A stretch of DNA of 59,160 nucleotides from Flavobacterium sp. (GTDB lineage: Bacteria; Bacteroidota; Bacteroidia; Flavobacteriales; Flavobacteriaceae). The stretch is from assembly GCA_017984835.1 (NCBI GenBank), contig JAGNYR010000005.1:1-59160 (forward strand), given 5' to 3'. Below are positions 19,690 to 29,026 of this stretch, in pieces. Under the pieces are notes generated by a model that saw nothing but the letters and a program-made list of their open reading frames with translations, searched no databases and had not been told where the DNA came from. Both the position numbers and the translations under genes were made by a program. Each line of letters opens with the position of its first letter. Position 1 is the stretch's first letter.

Positions 19690-22659
19690 TTAAAATGTTA
19701 CGTTAAGACCTAAAGAAATAGCTTTTGAACGTGGGTATGATAAATAATCAATTCCCGCAGAAGGTACACCATTTAATGATTTGTCAGTGTTCACCTCTGG
19801 ATCAAAACCAGAATAATTAGTGAATAACAATAAGTTTTGTCCGTTTACAAAGAAACGAGCCGATTTAATTTTTAATTTTTCTAACGCTTGACCGTTAAAA
19901 GTATAACCAAAAGTTAAATTACCCATTCTTAAGAAATCACCTTTTTCTAAGTATTTAGTAGATGGTGAATTTGGATCTCCTTGAGCCTGTGCTGAAGTAG
20001 CAACAGAAGCAGGAACGTTTTTACCACCTAAGAAAGCACCTTTAAAGAAATAAGCATTAGCAGTGTTGTTGTATAAATAGTGACCAAAAGCACCGTAAAA
20101 CGAAACACCTGCATCAAAGTTTTTGTAATTTACGTTTGTAGAGAAACCAACGTTCATTTTAGGCAAACCTTGTTTTCCAACTAATTTTTTAGCTGCAAGA
20201 CCTAAGTCAGTATCGTTACCAGCTGCATCAGCATAGATAGAAGCACCATTAGCATCATATCCTCTCCACTCATACATATAGTAGCTATAAATTGGCTCAT
20301 CATTAGTTACAACTTGTGCATATGCACCTGTTAAACCTTGACCATTTAAAGCACCTGCTTGAATGAAACCAGCGAAATTTTGCATTTTATTTGATAAGAA
20401 CGAAGCATTTCCTGAGATATCCCAAGTTAAATCTGCTTTATCAATCAATTTGTAGCTTAAACTTACCTCTAATCCTTTGTTAATCAAGTTACCTGGAAGG
20501 TTCACGAATCTTGGAGATGGAGGTCCTGGTTGAGAAGCTGCAGCAGGAACTGGGAAAATTAAATTTTCTGTATCTCTGTTGAAGTAATCTAATGTACCAG
20601 TTAATCTATTGTTTAATAAGGTAAAATCAACACCTACACCACTTGATAAAGTAGTTTCCCATTTCAAATCAGTGTTTGCATTAGTATCCACATTTAAAGC
20701 ATTGTTATTACCGTAAGAAGCACGAGCAATTGCAGAGTTTACTGCAAATTCTTGGTTACCTGTTTTACCGTAGTTAGCTCTTAATTTTACAGAATTTACT
20801 AATCCGTCTTTACCTTCAAAAACTTTGTATCCTAAACCTACAGATGGGAAAGTACCGTATTTATTATTAGCACCTAATTTTGTAGATCCGTCAGTACGTA
20901 ATGTAGCAGTAACTAAGAATTTTTTGTATAAAGTAGCATTAACTCTACCATAAAATGACTGTAATTCTACTCTGTTTCTGAATGATGACGTACGGAATTG
21001 GTTTTGTAAACCACCTTCAATATTGTCAATCAAATTTGATTGAGCTGGATCATACCCTTTTCCAAGCATAAAGCTTCCGTTTGCAGTATAATCATAGTAA
21101 GAGTATCCTGCTAACGCATCAAATACGAAGTTATCATTAAAAGTTTTGTTGTAGTTCAATGTGTGCTCAAACGTTCTGTTGAATTTTTGAATATTATCAA
21201 TAGTAGCTTGCCCAAATTTAACAACACCATCACTATTTGTAGCCTGAGCAACATTTTCAATATTAATAGTAGAAGCTAATTGAATTTTTCTAGATGAAGT
21301 TGAAGATTCAACACCAAATAAGAATTGATAGTTCAAATTATTATTAATTTTCAATGTAGATTTGATACTTGCTAATAATTTATTAGTATCAGAATAATCT
21401 TTGTATCCATCTAATAATTGAACAGGGTTGATGTATGTATTACTTATGATGTTATAAGTACCATTTGTATTGTACAATTTATTTGTAGGATTCCAATACA
21501 AAGCTGATCCAATTAAGTTACCTTGGTAACCTGCATTGTTTGTGATCATTTGAGCTTTATCTTTTAATCCTGCATAGTTTACTTTAGTTTCAATTTTCAA
21601 ACCTCCATTAAAGAAGTCGTTAGAGTTATTGAAAGCAAAAGTATATTTATCTAAACCAGTAGTTTTTACAATACCTTCTGTATTGTTAGCACCAAAAGAC
21701 AAACGAGTGCTTGAATTTTCAGTTGACTTAGAATAAGATAAATCATGACTTGTAGTCAAACCTGATTGCAAAATTGCATCTTCCCAGTTGTAACCAGTTG
21801 ACCCATTGTTTACACCACCGTTAGCTACAAATTCTGAAGCATTCATCATTTTTAAGTTACTAGACAAAGAACTGAACGTTACAGAGTTTGAGTAATTTAA
21901 TGATGGTTCTTTTGATTTTGATTTTTTAGTAGTAATAACGATTACACCATTTGCTCCACGAGAACCATAAATAGCTGTAGAAGATGCATCCTTAAGGATC
22001 GTCATACTTTCGATATCATTTTGATTCACGAAGTTCAATGGATTTCTTGCAGAAGAAGATCCTAAACCTAAATCACTTCCACCTGCAGAAACGTCTCCAC
22101 CATCCAATGGCACTCCATCCACAACAATAAGTGGACCGTTACCTGAACGAATAGATGAATTTCCACGAATTCTAATGCTTGCAGCAGCTCCTGGCTCACC
22201 ACTTGCAGAAGTTACTTGCACCCCAGAAACTTTACCTCTTAAAAGCTCTGCTGGTGAAGTAGAAGAAATGTTGTCAAAGCTTTTAGAGCTTAATTGATCT
22301 ACAGCACCTGTTGCATCTTTCTTTTTAACAGAACCGTAACCAATTACAACAACTTCTTTAAGTTCTTGTTGATCTTGTTGCATTACAACGTTTAATGTTG
22401 TTTTACCTGCAACGGCAACTTCTTTGGTTTTTAAACCAATAAAACTGAACACTAATACCGCATCTGATTTTGCGTTGATCGTAAAATTACCATCAAAATC
22501 AGTTTGCGTACTATTAGATGTTCCTTTGACAGATACTGATGCTCCTGGAACAGGACCACTACTGTCAGATACTTTACCTGAAACGCTTTGCGCGAAAGCG
22601 AAACTTGTAAAAATCGTCATTAGAAATACTAATAAGCCTTTAAGTAGACTATTTTTCAT
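19690..22659 (-). CDS. susC: SusC/RagA TonB-dependent transporter
   Basis: EVVVIGYG, NDIESMTILKDASSTAIYGSRGANGVIVITTKK signature, LKWETT, YSGFDPE, C-terminal Phe. Confidence 0.95.
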   Translation of the reverse strand: MKNSLLKGLLVFLMTIFTSFAFAQSVSGKVSDSSGPVPGASVSVKGTSNSTQTDFDGNFTINAKSDAVLVFSFIGLKTKEVAVAGKTTLNVVMQQDQQELKEVVVIGYGSVKKKDATGAVDQLSSKSFDNISSTSPAELLRGKVSGVQVTSASGEPGAAASIRIRGNSSIRSGNGPLIVVDGVPLDGGDVSAGGSDLGLGSSSARNPLNFVNQNDIESMTILKDASSTAIYGSRGANGVIVITTKKSKSKEPSLNYSNSVTFSSLSSNLKMMNASEFVANGGVNNGSTGYNWEDAILQSGLTTSHDLSYSKSTENSSTRLSFGANNTEGIVKTTGLDKYTFAFNNSNDFFNGGLKIETKVNYAGLKDKAQMITNNAGYQGNLIGSALYWNPTNKLYNTNGTYNIISNTYINPVQLLDGYKDYSDTNKLLASIKSTLKINNNLNYQFLFGVESSTSSRKIQLASTINIENVAQATNSDGVVKFGQATIDNIQKFNRTFEHTLNYNKTFNDNFVFDALAGYSYYDYTANGSFMLGKGYDPAQSNLIDNIEGGLQNQFRTSSFRNRVELQSFYGRVNATLYKKFLVTATLRTDGSTKLGANNKYGTFPSVGLGYKVFEGKDGLVNSVKLRANYGKTGNQEFAVNSAIARASYGNNNALNVDTNANTDLKWETTLSSGVGVDFTLLNNRLTGTLDYFNRDTENLIFPVPAAASQPGPPSPRFVNLPGNLINKGLEVSLSYKLIDKADLTWDISGNASFLSNKMQNFAGFIQAGALNGQGLTGAYAQVVTNDEPIYSYYMYEWRGYDANGASIYADAAGNDTDLGLAAKKLVGKQGLPKMNVGFSTNVNYKNFDAGVSFYGAFGHYLYNNTANAYFFKGAFLGGKNVPASVATSAQAQGDPNSPSTKYLEKGDFLRMGNLTFGYTFNGQALEKLKIKSARFFVNGQNLLLFTNYSGFDPEVNTDKSLNGVPSAGIDYLSYPRSKAISLGLNVTF

Positions 22660-22767
22660 ACGTAATAAATGAGTTAGTTAATAAATGTTTTTCGTAATCG
22701 AAAGTAAACTTATAAATATTTTATGATAATATTAAGAAAAATCGCAACTAAATCGATATAGTAGAAC

Positions 22768-22781
22768 CGAAAACGTTTTCG
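22768..22781. promoter_or_regulatory. LacI-type operator, copy 2 (perfect palindrome CGAAAACGTTTTCG)
   Basis: Perfect 14-bp palindrome upstream of susC; variant -7 box TACTTTCG on minus strand at 22699-22706. Confidence 0.78.
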
Positions 22782-22904
22782 ATAAAGTAAAGCATTCGTT
22801 GTAATACCCGGTAAAAATTACATTGTATGTAATTAATAAGGCATAAAAAAACATAATGTGAAATTTTTAAGTAAAAAGTTTGTATAACTTTCAATAAAAA
22901 CAAA

Positions 22905-22939
22905 AATTCCATCATTTTCTTTACGAAAACGATGGAATT
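22905..22939 (-). terminator. Intrinsic terminator after GH65
   Basis: AATTCCATC...GATGGAATT inverted repeat with adjacent A-run. Confidence 0.65.
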
Positions 22940-22958
22940 AATGAAAATAATGAAAAAA

Positions 22959-24965
22959 TTATTTGATTTCTATCGTTTTTTCGGAAAATCCCAATCCAAT
23001 AATTTTTAAAGATTTCCATGAAGAAGGCAACATGCCCTTGTTGAATTTAAAACCAGAATCGGTGAGTTCAACACCGCCGAATCCATAAATGACAGCCTGA
23101 AGCATGGCGCCCGCTCCTGTTGCAAAATAGGGGTTGTTGCTATTGGCTGATTCAGAAAAAACACCAAAAGGTGGACGGCTGTTTGGCAAATAGGATTTCA
23201 CGAAATGATCATACGCTTTTTCTTTATTATTCAAACGCGCATACAAAACAGCTAAAATACCATGAGCCATTGCAGGACCATCTTTTTTATCCACTTTTTC
23301 CGAATAATATGCCAAATCCTTTTCGATTTGATTTTTATCTGTAATTATATGCAGCGGATAAGCCAATAAATTGACATCACCTTGTTTTATCATTTGCCCT
23401 GCATAACCTTTGTAATTTTGCGTAATCCCATCTTTAGAATGAATCACAATATGATCGGCCACTTCTTGCCATTTCGGATTAATGGGTTCATTCAAAAGAG
23501 TAGCTGCTTTGATCGTGTTTCGCAATGTTTCTATTGCCGATGCGTTCGTAAAAGCATTGTCATCCACATGCTGTGCATACTCATCTGCTCCAACTACATT
23601 TAATATAGAATAGGAATTGTCGTTGTTTTTCACCACACGACTTACCCAAAAATCTGCCGTTTCTTTAAATACTTTCCATTCACTGCGCAACCAATTTTTA
23701 TCCTGAGTCAGGGTGTAATAATTCCAAAAAGCAATCGCAATATCCGAAGTAATGTGTTGTTCAAAAATACCTGTCAATGCCCAGGTTGGCGTCGCTTCCT
23801 CACCTGTATCATCTGATTCCCATGGAAACATCGCTCCTTGGTAACCATAAATCGATGCTTTTTGTTTTGCTTTTTGCAATCTATCCGAGCGATAATCTAA
23901 ACACGACTTAGCAAAATCGGGTTGCAAAGCCAATAAAGGAGGGTACATCCACAATTCGCTGTCCCAAAAGATATGTCCGTTATAACCTTGTGCAGACAAT
24001 CCCATAGGTGCAATACTTTGTCTTGAATCCTTTCTGATAAAGGAATATAGATTATACAATGCAAATCGGACGCGTTGTTGCGCATCCAAATCGCCTTCAA
24101 TTTGAATGTCGCCCGTTTCCCACAATTCAGACCATGCTTTTTTGTGTCGATCGAATAATTTATCGATCCCTTCTTGTAAAGCAAAAATAGGCTGACGCTC
24201 CGACTCGTTCAAAGGATCGGTCACGTCTTTTGAAGTACAGATGCCTCCCGCTAGCGCAAATCGATACTTGACTCCTTTTTTTAATTGGGTAGTAAATCCT
24301 ACTTCGTTTCCAGTTGCCACTAGTTCTTCTTTTTTACCATCAAACAAAAAGGTCGTCGAAGCAGCTACACTGTATTTCCCTCTAAGTGTTTTGGCAAGGG
24401 TTCCAAAAATGGGCATTCTAAATTCATTATCTTTCAAAACGCGGTAGTGTGATTTTGCATCAACTAATTCACTTGGTACCACCATGAAATTGGCTACATC
24501 AATTTCTATGTCTTCTAGAGGCTGGATTTCAATGATCGCCATAGCTGAAAACGGCAAAGCTCTATTGGCTAAAATAGTGTAATCAACGTGCGCAAAATCT
24601 TTAAAAGAAAAAGAAGTGGTGCTGGTTCCTTCTCGCATAGAAACCACTTGATTCCAATTACTTATGTTGCTTGACTTAATCTCTTCCTTGTTGATATTTA
24701 ATCGTAAATTCAAAAACTCAATTCCCCGTACAATTCTACTGATACCGTTCTCTGGACTGGCCTCATAGACACCATTTAAAATGATCTCTTTTGTAGTTAA
24801 AGGCGTATCATTTGTTACGATTCCAATTTGTCCGTTGGCTACTGTTACGCCAAAATAATTCTCACGCGAATTAGCTACTAAAGTCCATTCATCTGATTTT
24901 TTTTGAGAAAACACCAAAGTATTCATACACAAAGCCGAAAGAAGTAATATGCTTTTACATTTCAT
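22959..24965 (-). CDS. GH65 family glycoside hydrolase (hydrolase-type, secreted)
   Basis: GLSAQGYNGHIFWDSE, VVGADEY, DDNAFTN, KQGDV, F.TGAG..LQ...YGFGG; signal peptide. Confidence 0.88.
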   Translation of the reverse strand: MKCKSILLLSALCMNTLVFSQKKSDEWTLVANSRENYFGVTVANGQIGIVTNDTPLTTKEIILNGVYEASPENGISRIVRGIEFLNLRLNINKEEIKSSNISNWNQVVSMREGTSTTSFSFKDFAHVDYTILANRALPFSAMAIIEIQPLEDIEIDVANFMVVPSELVDAKSHYRVLKDNEFRMPIFGTLAKTLRGKYSVAASTTFLFDGKKEELVATGNEVGFTTQLKKGVKYRFALAGGICTSKDVTDPLNESERQPIFALQEGIDKLFDRHKKAWSELWETGDIQIEGDLDAQQRVRFALYNLYSFIRKDSRQSIAPMGLSAQGYNGHIFWDSELWMYPPLLALQPDFAKSCLDYRSDRLQKAKQKASIYGYQGAMFPWESDDTGEEATPTWALTGIFEQHITSDIAIAFWNYYTLTQDKNWLRSEWKVFKETADFWVSRVVKNNDNSYSILNVVGADEYAQHVDDNAFTNASAIETLRNTIKAATLLNEPINPKWQEVADHIVIHSKDGITQNYKGYAGQMIKQGDVNLLAYPLHIITDKNQIEKDLAYYSEKVDKKDGPAMAHGILAVLYARLNNKEKAYDHFVKSYLPNSRPPFGVFSESANSNNPYFATGAGAMLQAVIYGFGGVELTDSGFKFNKGMLPSSWKSLKIIGLGFSEKTIEIK

Positions 24966-25079
24966 AATATCCTATTTAAATAAAAATTGAGATCTGTTCA
25001 TTCCTTTTAATGAATATCAAATATAATTATATTATTGGAGATTGTTCAATAAAGAAAAATGAAATCAAGTTCTTGTTTT

Positions 25080-25093
25080 CGAAAAGGTTTTCG
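25080..25093. promoter_or_regulatory. LacI-type operator, copy 3 (CGAAAAGGTTTTCG)
   Basis: One mismatch to the consensus; lies between the divergent GH65 and GH13 genes. Confidence 0.72.
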
Positions 25094-25181
25094 ATTGTTA
25101 ATAATTCAAAATACAAGAAATAACTTTTTTATATTAATTTTGGAAACTACTTTTAGATTCAATTTCATAAAAACAGTACGC

Positions 25182-26921
25182 ATGAATTTCAATTTAAAAG
25201 GAATCCTGAATTTCATTTCTCTAATTTCAATAACAATGGCAACAAGTCAAGAATCAAAATCAATTGACAATCAAAAGTGGTGGAAAGAAACCGCTGTATA
25301 CCAAATTTATCCAAGAAGTTTTCAAGACAGCAACGGTGATGGTGTTGGTGACATTAGAGGTATCATCAATCGATTGGATTATCTAAAAGACATTGGAGTG
25401 GAAACCGTATGGCTGAGTCCTATTTTTGAGTCGCCAAATGACGACAATGGGTATGACGTGAGCGATTACACCAAAATCTTAAAAGAATTTGGTACGATGG
25501 ATGACTTTGATGAAATGCTGCAAGGCATGAAAAAAAGAAACATCAAACTTATCTTGGATTTAGTTTTTAATCACAGTAGTGACGAACATTTCTGGTTTCA
25601 AGAAAGTAAAAAATCAAGAGACAATAAATACAGAGATTATTATTATTGGTGGCCTGCAGAAAAAGGTACTCCACCCTACCGTTGGAGTTGGTTTGACGTT
25701 AATAACAATGCCTGGAAATATGACGCAACGACCGATGCTTATTACTTACATTATTTTTCAAAAAAACAACCTGATCTAAATTGGAACAATCCCAAACTTA
25801 GAGAAGAGCTTTACAATGTCATGCGTTTTTGGCTAGATAAAGGAATCGACGGGTTTAGAATGGATGCTTTTCAATTCATCAGTAAAGATCCATCATTCCC
25901 AGAATTACCTAAAGAAATCATCGGAAATAGAGAAGAAATCATCAAATTTTATGGAAACGGGAAATATTTACACGACTACATTCAAGAAATGAACCGTGAA
26001 GTATTGAGTAAATACCCTCATGCCATGACGGTAGCTGAAGGCGCCGGTGATTCTCCTAAAGCAGCCTTAAAATTTGTCGATGAAGACCGAAAAGAACTCA
26101 ATGTGGCCTATCACTTTGAAAGTGTAGATATTGGAGCGCACCTCAATAACTTTGGATTGGTAAATTACAAGTCTATTTTTGAACGATACGACGAAACCTT
26201 TAAAACCAAAGGTTGGCTTTCTATTTTTATGGCAAATCATGACCAACCAAGAATGGTTAGTAAATTTGGTAACGACACACCAAAATTTAGAGAAATTTCT
26301 TCAAAAATGCTATCCACCTTTGTATTTACCATGCGCGGAACGCCTTTTTATTTCCAAGGAGACGAACTAGGAATGACCAACATTCGATTCAATTCGATTG
26401 AAGATTATAATGACGTGGAAGCCAGAAACCAATATGCAAAATTGGTAGAAGACGGTGGCGATACAAAGGCTTTTATTGAAGATAAAAAACAGACTTCTCG
26501 AGAAAATAGCCGAACACCTTTTCAATGGGATCATTCAGTAAACGCAGGTTTTACCAAAGGAAAACCTTGGCTTAAAATAAATGCAAACTACACTGAAATC
26601 AATGCAGAAATGCAAGAAAAGGATCCAAATTCTATTCTGAATTATTTCAAAAAACTGGTGCAACTTCGTAAAGACCACCCTGTTCTGACTTACGGTGCTT
26701 TTGAATTAGTTGATAAAGAAAACCCAACCGTTTTTGCATATACAAGAACACTCAACAATAATAAATGGATGGTTATTTTGAATTTTTCTGAAAAAGAAGC
26801 AACCATCACCACTTCTTTACCTATTGAAACGGCTAAAGTCATCTTGTCAAATTACAATGCGACCCAATCCAGCAAAAGTTTACAACCTTATGAAGCTATA
26901 GTATTAGAGTTAAACAAATAG
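25182..26921 (+). CDS. GH13 alpha-glucosidase (oligo-1,6-glucosidase / trehalose-6-P hydrolase-like)
   Basis: WWKETAVYQIYPRSF, DNGYD, DLVFNH, QPDLN, GFRMDA, AEG, NHD. The ORF-track start at 25059 overlaps the operator, so ATG 25182 (signal-peptide-like) is preferred. Confidence 0.9.
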   Translation: MNFNLKGILNFISLISITMATSQESKSIDNQKWWKETAVYQIYPRSFQDSNGDGVGDIRGIINRLDYLKDIGVETVWLSPIFESPNDDNGYDVSDYTKILKEFGTMDDFDEMLQGMKKRNIKLILDLVFNHSSDEHFWFQESKKSRDNKYRDYYYWWPAEKGTPPYRWSWFDVNNNAWKYDATTDAYYLHYFSKKQPDLNWNNPKLREELYNVMRFWLDKGIDGFRMDAFQFISKDPSFPELPKEIIGNREEIIKFYGNGKYLHDYIQEMNREVLSKYPHAMTVAEGAGDSPKAALKFVDEDRKELNVAYHFESVDIGAHLNNFGLVNYKSIFERYDETFKTKGWLSIFMANHDQPRMVSKFGNDTPKFREISSKMLSTFVFTMRGTPFYFQGDELGMTNIRFNSIEDYNDVEARNQYAKLVEDGGDTKAFIEDKKQTSRENSRTPFQWDHSVNAGFTKGKPWLKINANYTEINAEMQEKDPNSILNYFKKLVQLRKDHPVLTYGAFELVDKENPTVFAYTRTLNNNKWMVILNFSEKEATITTSLPIETAKVILSNYNATQSSKSLQPYEAIVLELNK

Positions 26922-26983
26922 TCCAAGATCATACAAAACTTGATTCGCAATAATTTGCTTAAAAAAAAGCAGAACCTATAAAT

Positions 26984-27018
26984 AAAACCCCTCTATTTTA
27001 TAAAAATAGTGGGGTTTT
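26984..27018 (+). terminator. Intrinsic terminator after GH13
   Basis: AAAACCCCTCTATTTT...AAAATAGTGGGGTTTT. Confidence 0.7.
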
Positions 27019-27072
27019 GTCTTTTATTATTTAAATTTTTATATATTTATATCTTGATTATAATTAACATAA

Positions 27073-28092
27073 ATGAAAGCAACTACACTCAAAGAAATAG
27101 CTGAAAAACTAGGTATATCCATTACCACAGTTTCTAAAGCCTTAAAAGACTACACCGATGTAAGTGCTAAAACAAAAAAAGCGGTACAAGACGCCGCCGC
27201 CGAACTTAATTATACACCTAACAACTTTGCACTGTATTTAAAAACCAACGAATCCAAAACAGTTGGACTGGTGATTCCCGAAGTCGTGCATCATTTTTTC
27301 TCAAACATCATCAACGGAATCATTGATGAAGCAGAAAAAAGTGGTTATCTGGTATTCATTCTTCAATCCAATGAAAATGTAGCTTTAGAAAAGAAACAAA
27401 TAGAGTTATTGGTCAATAAAAGAGTGGACGGCATCATGATATCGTTATCCAATGATTCAAACAATGAAGAGCATTTAAAAGAGCTCTTACGAAAAGAAAT
27501 TCCACTCGTACAATTCGATAAAATATCCAAACTAATCAACAGCTCCAAAGTCATCATTAATGACAGACAAGCCGCATTTGATGCAGTTCAACACTTAATC
27601 GATAAAGGGTGTCGCAAAATTGCACATATCAGAGGTCCTTTGAACCCACAAAACTCCATTGACCGTTTTTTAGGATATAAAAAAGCCTTGGAAGCAAACC
27701 AAATCGAATTTGATCCGAACTTAGTATACACCTGCGAAAAAGTCAATTTTGACGAAGGAAGGAATTTTGCCAAAGAAATCACGGAAAACCACCCCGATGT
27801 TGATGGTATCTTTGCCATAACGGACCTCGTTGCGGTAGGTGTCTTAAATTACCTTCAAGAAGTAAAAATTGAAGTGCCTAAACAAATCAAATTGATCGGT
27901 TTTAGCAATTGGTTCATGTCCGAAATAATGTCGCCAAAGCTCAGCACCGTTGACCAACCCGGATTTGAAATGGGAGTAGAATCTTTCCGATTGCTACTAG
28001 AAGAAATCAACGCTAAAAAACAAGAAAAGAAGTTCGTTCCTAAGATTGTTGAACTCAAAACTGCTGTCATCCAACGTGAATCCACAACATAA
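27073..28092 (+). CDS. LacI family transcriptional regulator
   Basis: TLKEIAEKLGISITTVSKAL HTH, LNYTPN hinge, periplasmic-binding-like domain. Confidence 0.95.
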   Translation: MKATTLKEIAEKLGISITTVSKALKDYTDVSAKTKKAVQDAAAELNYTPNNFALYLKTNESKTVGLVIPEVVHHFFSNIINGIIDEAEKSGYLVFILQSNENVALEKKQIELLVNKRVDGIMISLSNDSNNEEHLKELLRKEIPLVQFDKISKLINSSKVIINDRQAAFDAVQHLIDKGCRKIAHIRGPLNPQNSIDRFLGYKKALEANQIEFDPNLVYTCEKVNFDEGRNFAKEITENHPDVDGIFAITDLVAVGVLNYLQEVKIEVPKQIKLIGFSNWFMSEIMSPKLSTVDQPGFEMGVESFRLLLEEINAKKQEKKFVPKIVELKTAVIQRESTT

Positions 28093-28121
28093 AAAAAAGC
28101 GCTTAATTAAGCGCTTTTTTT
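28092..28121. terminator. Bidirectional terminator
   Basis: Perfect palindrome AAAAAAAGCGCTTAATTAAGCGCTTTTTTT between convergent genes. Confidence 0.85.
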
Positions 28122-28144
28122 ATCATTCTTTAGGAACCCAACAT

Positions 28145-28882
28145 TTACAATGATTTGATTTTGATGTTTTTAAACCAAACTTTGTCACCATGATCTTGAA
28201 GACATAATTTTCCATTATTATACGTTCCGAAACCTGGAAATTCATGGAACTTAGATTTTGCAATCATTTCTTTCCAATGATCATCCCACATCGTAGTTTC
28301 TAAAACTTTTTCCCCATTTAAGAAAAATTGCAATTTTCCTTTGTTTGAAATGATTTCGGCATGGTTCCACTCCCCTGCTTTTTTTACCGTTTCTTTGGCG
28401 GTAATCAAATCGTATAAATCGGCTGCTCTGTGCTTGATGATCTTTGAATCGGGATGCCCATCATTATCTAAAACTTGCATCTCGGGACCTGTCATCCATG
28501 GAAATTTGTACTGACTTGGATCTTCATGCACATAAAAAATAATCCCGCTGTTTCCGTTTTGAGCGACCTTCCAATCCAATTGCAAATGAAAGTTTTCGAA
28601 TGCATCTTGTGACAAAATATCGCCACCATTTTTAGCTTGCCAATCCGCTTTATCCGAAACATTCAAATGAATTGCGTTGTCGTTTACTTGCCAGGCAGCT
28701 CCAATCGATTCCTCACCATATTTGTGCCATCCATTCAATGTTTTACCATCAAAAAGTAATTTCCACCCTTCTTTTTTCTCTTTCGAAGTCAGCGTATTAT
28801 CCTCTGCCATTACTTCTGATTTTCGGGTTCCAAATGCCAAAATTACCAAAGAAACCATGGAGATAACTAGTGTTTTTTTCAT
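28145..28882 (-). CDS. DUF1080 / 3-keto-disaccharide hydrolase-like protein, secreted
   Basis: EGWKLLFDGKTLNGW, GNSGIIF, GPEMQVLD, GEWN, LQDHGD.VWFKNIKI; signal peptide. Confidence 0.88.
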   Translation of the reverse strand: MKKTLVISMVSLVILAFGTRKSEVMAEDNTLTSKEKKEGWKLLFDGKTLNGWHKYGEESIGAAWQVNDNAIHLNVSDKADWQAKNGGDILSQDAFENFHLQLDWKVAQNGNSGIIFYVHEDPSQYKFPWMTGPEMQVLDNDGHPDSKIIKHRAADLYDLITAKETVKKAGEWNHAEIISNKGKLQFFLNGEKVLETTMWDDHWKEMIAKSKFHEFPGFGTYNNGKLCLQDHGDKVWFKNIKIKSL

Positions 28883-28888
28883 GTTAAT

Positions 28889-28985
28889 TTTATTTTGGGC
28901 GTTAGCCGGGCTATTCGCTACAAGTCCGCACCAACTTTCGCATGCGCTCCATTGGTTGTGGGCTTTTCACTTCTATCCCTAACGC
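28889..28985 (-). repeat. Structured intergenic REP-like element, copy A
   Basis: GC-rich nested inverted repeats (GCGTTAG/CTAACGC; AAGTCCGCACCAA/TTGGTTGTGGGCTT); termini shared with the element at 58870. Confidence 0.6.
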
Positions 28986-29026
28986 GGTTAAGTGTGTCTA
29001 AATGTAAAATTTTGAAATAAATAGAC

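Noticed and set aside
25059-25181. N-terminal extensions in the ORF track (also 14772, 18061, 37584, 40386, 45919, 56452)
   Set aside because: The extensions overlap promoters, operators or neighbouring genes, while downstream ATGs give family-typical N-termini.
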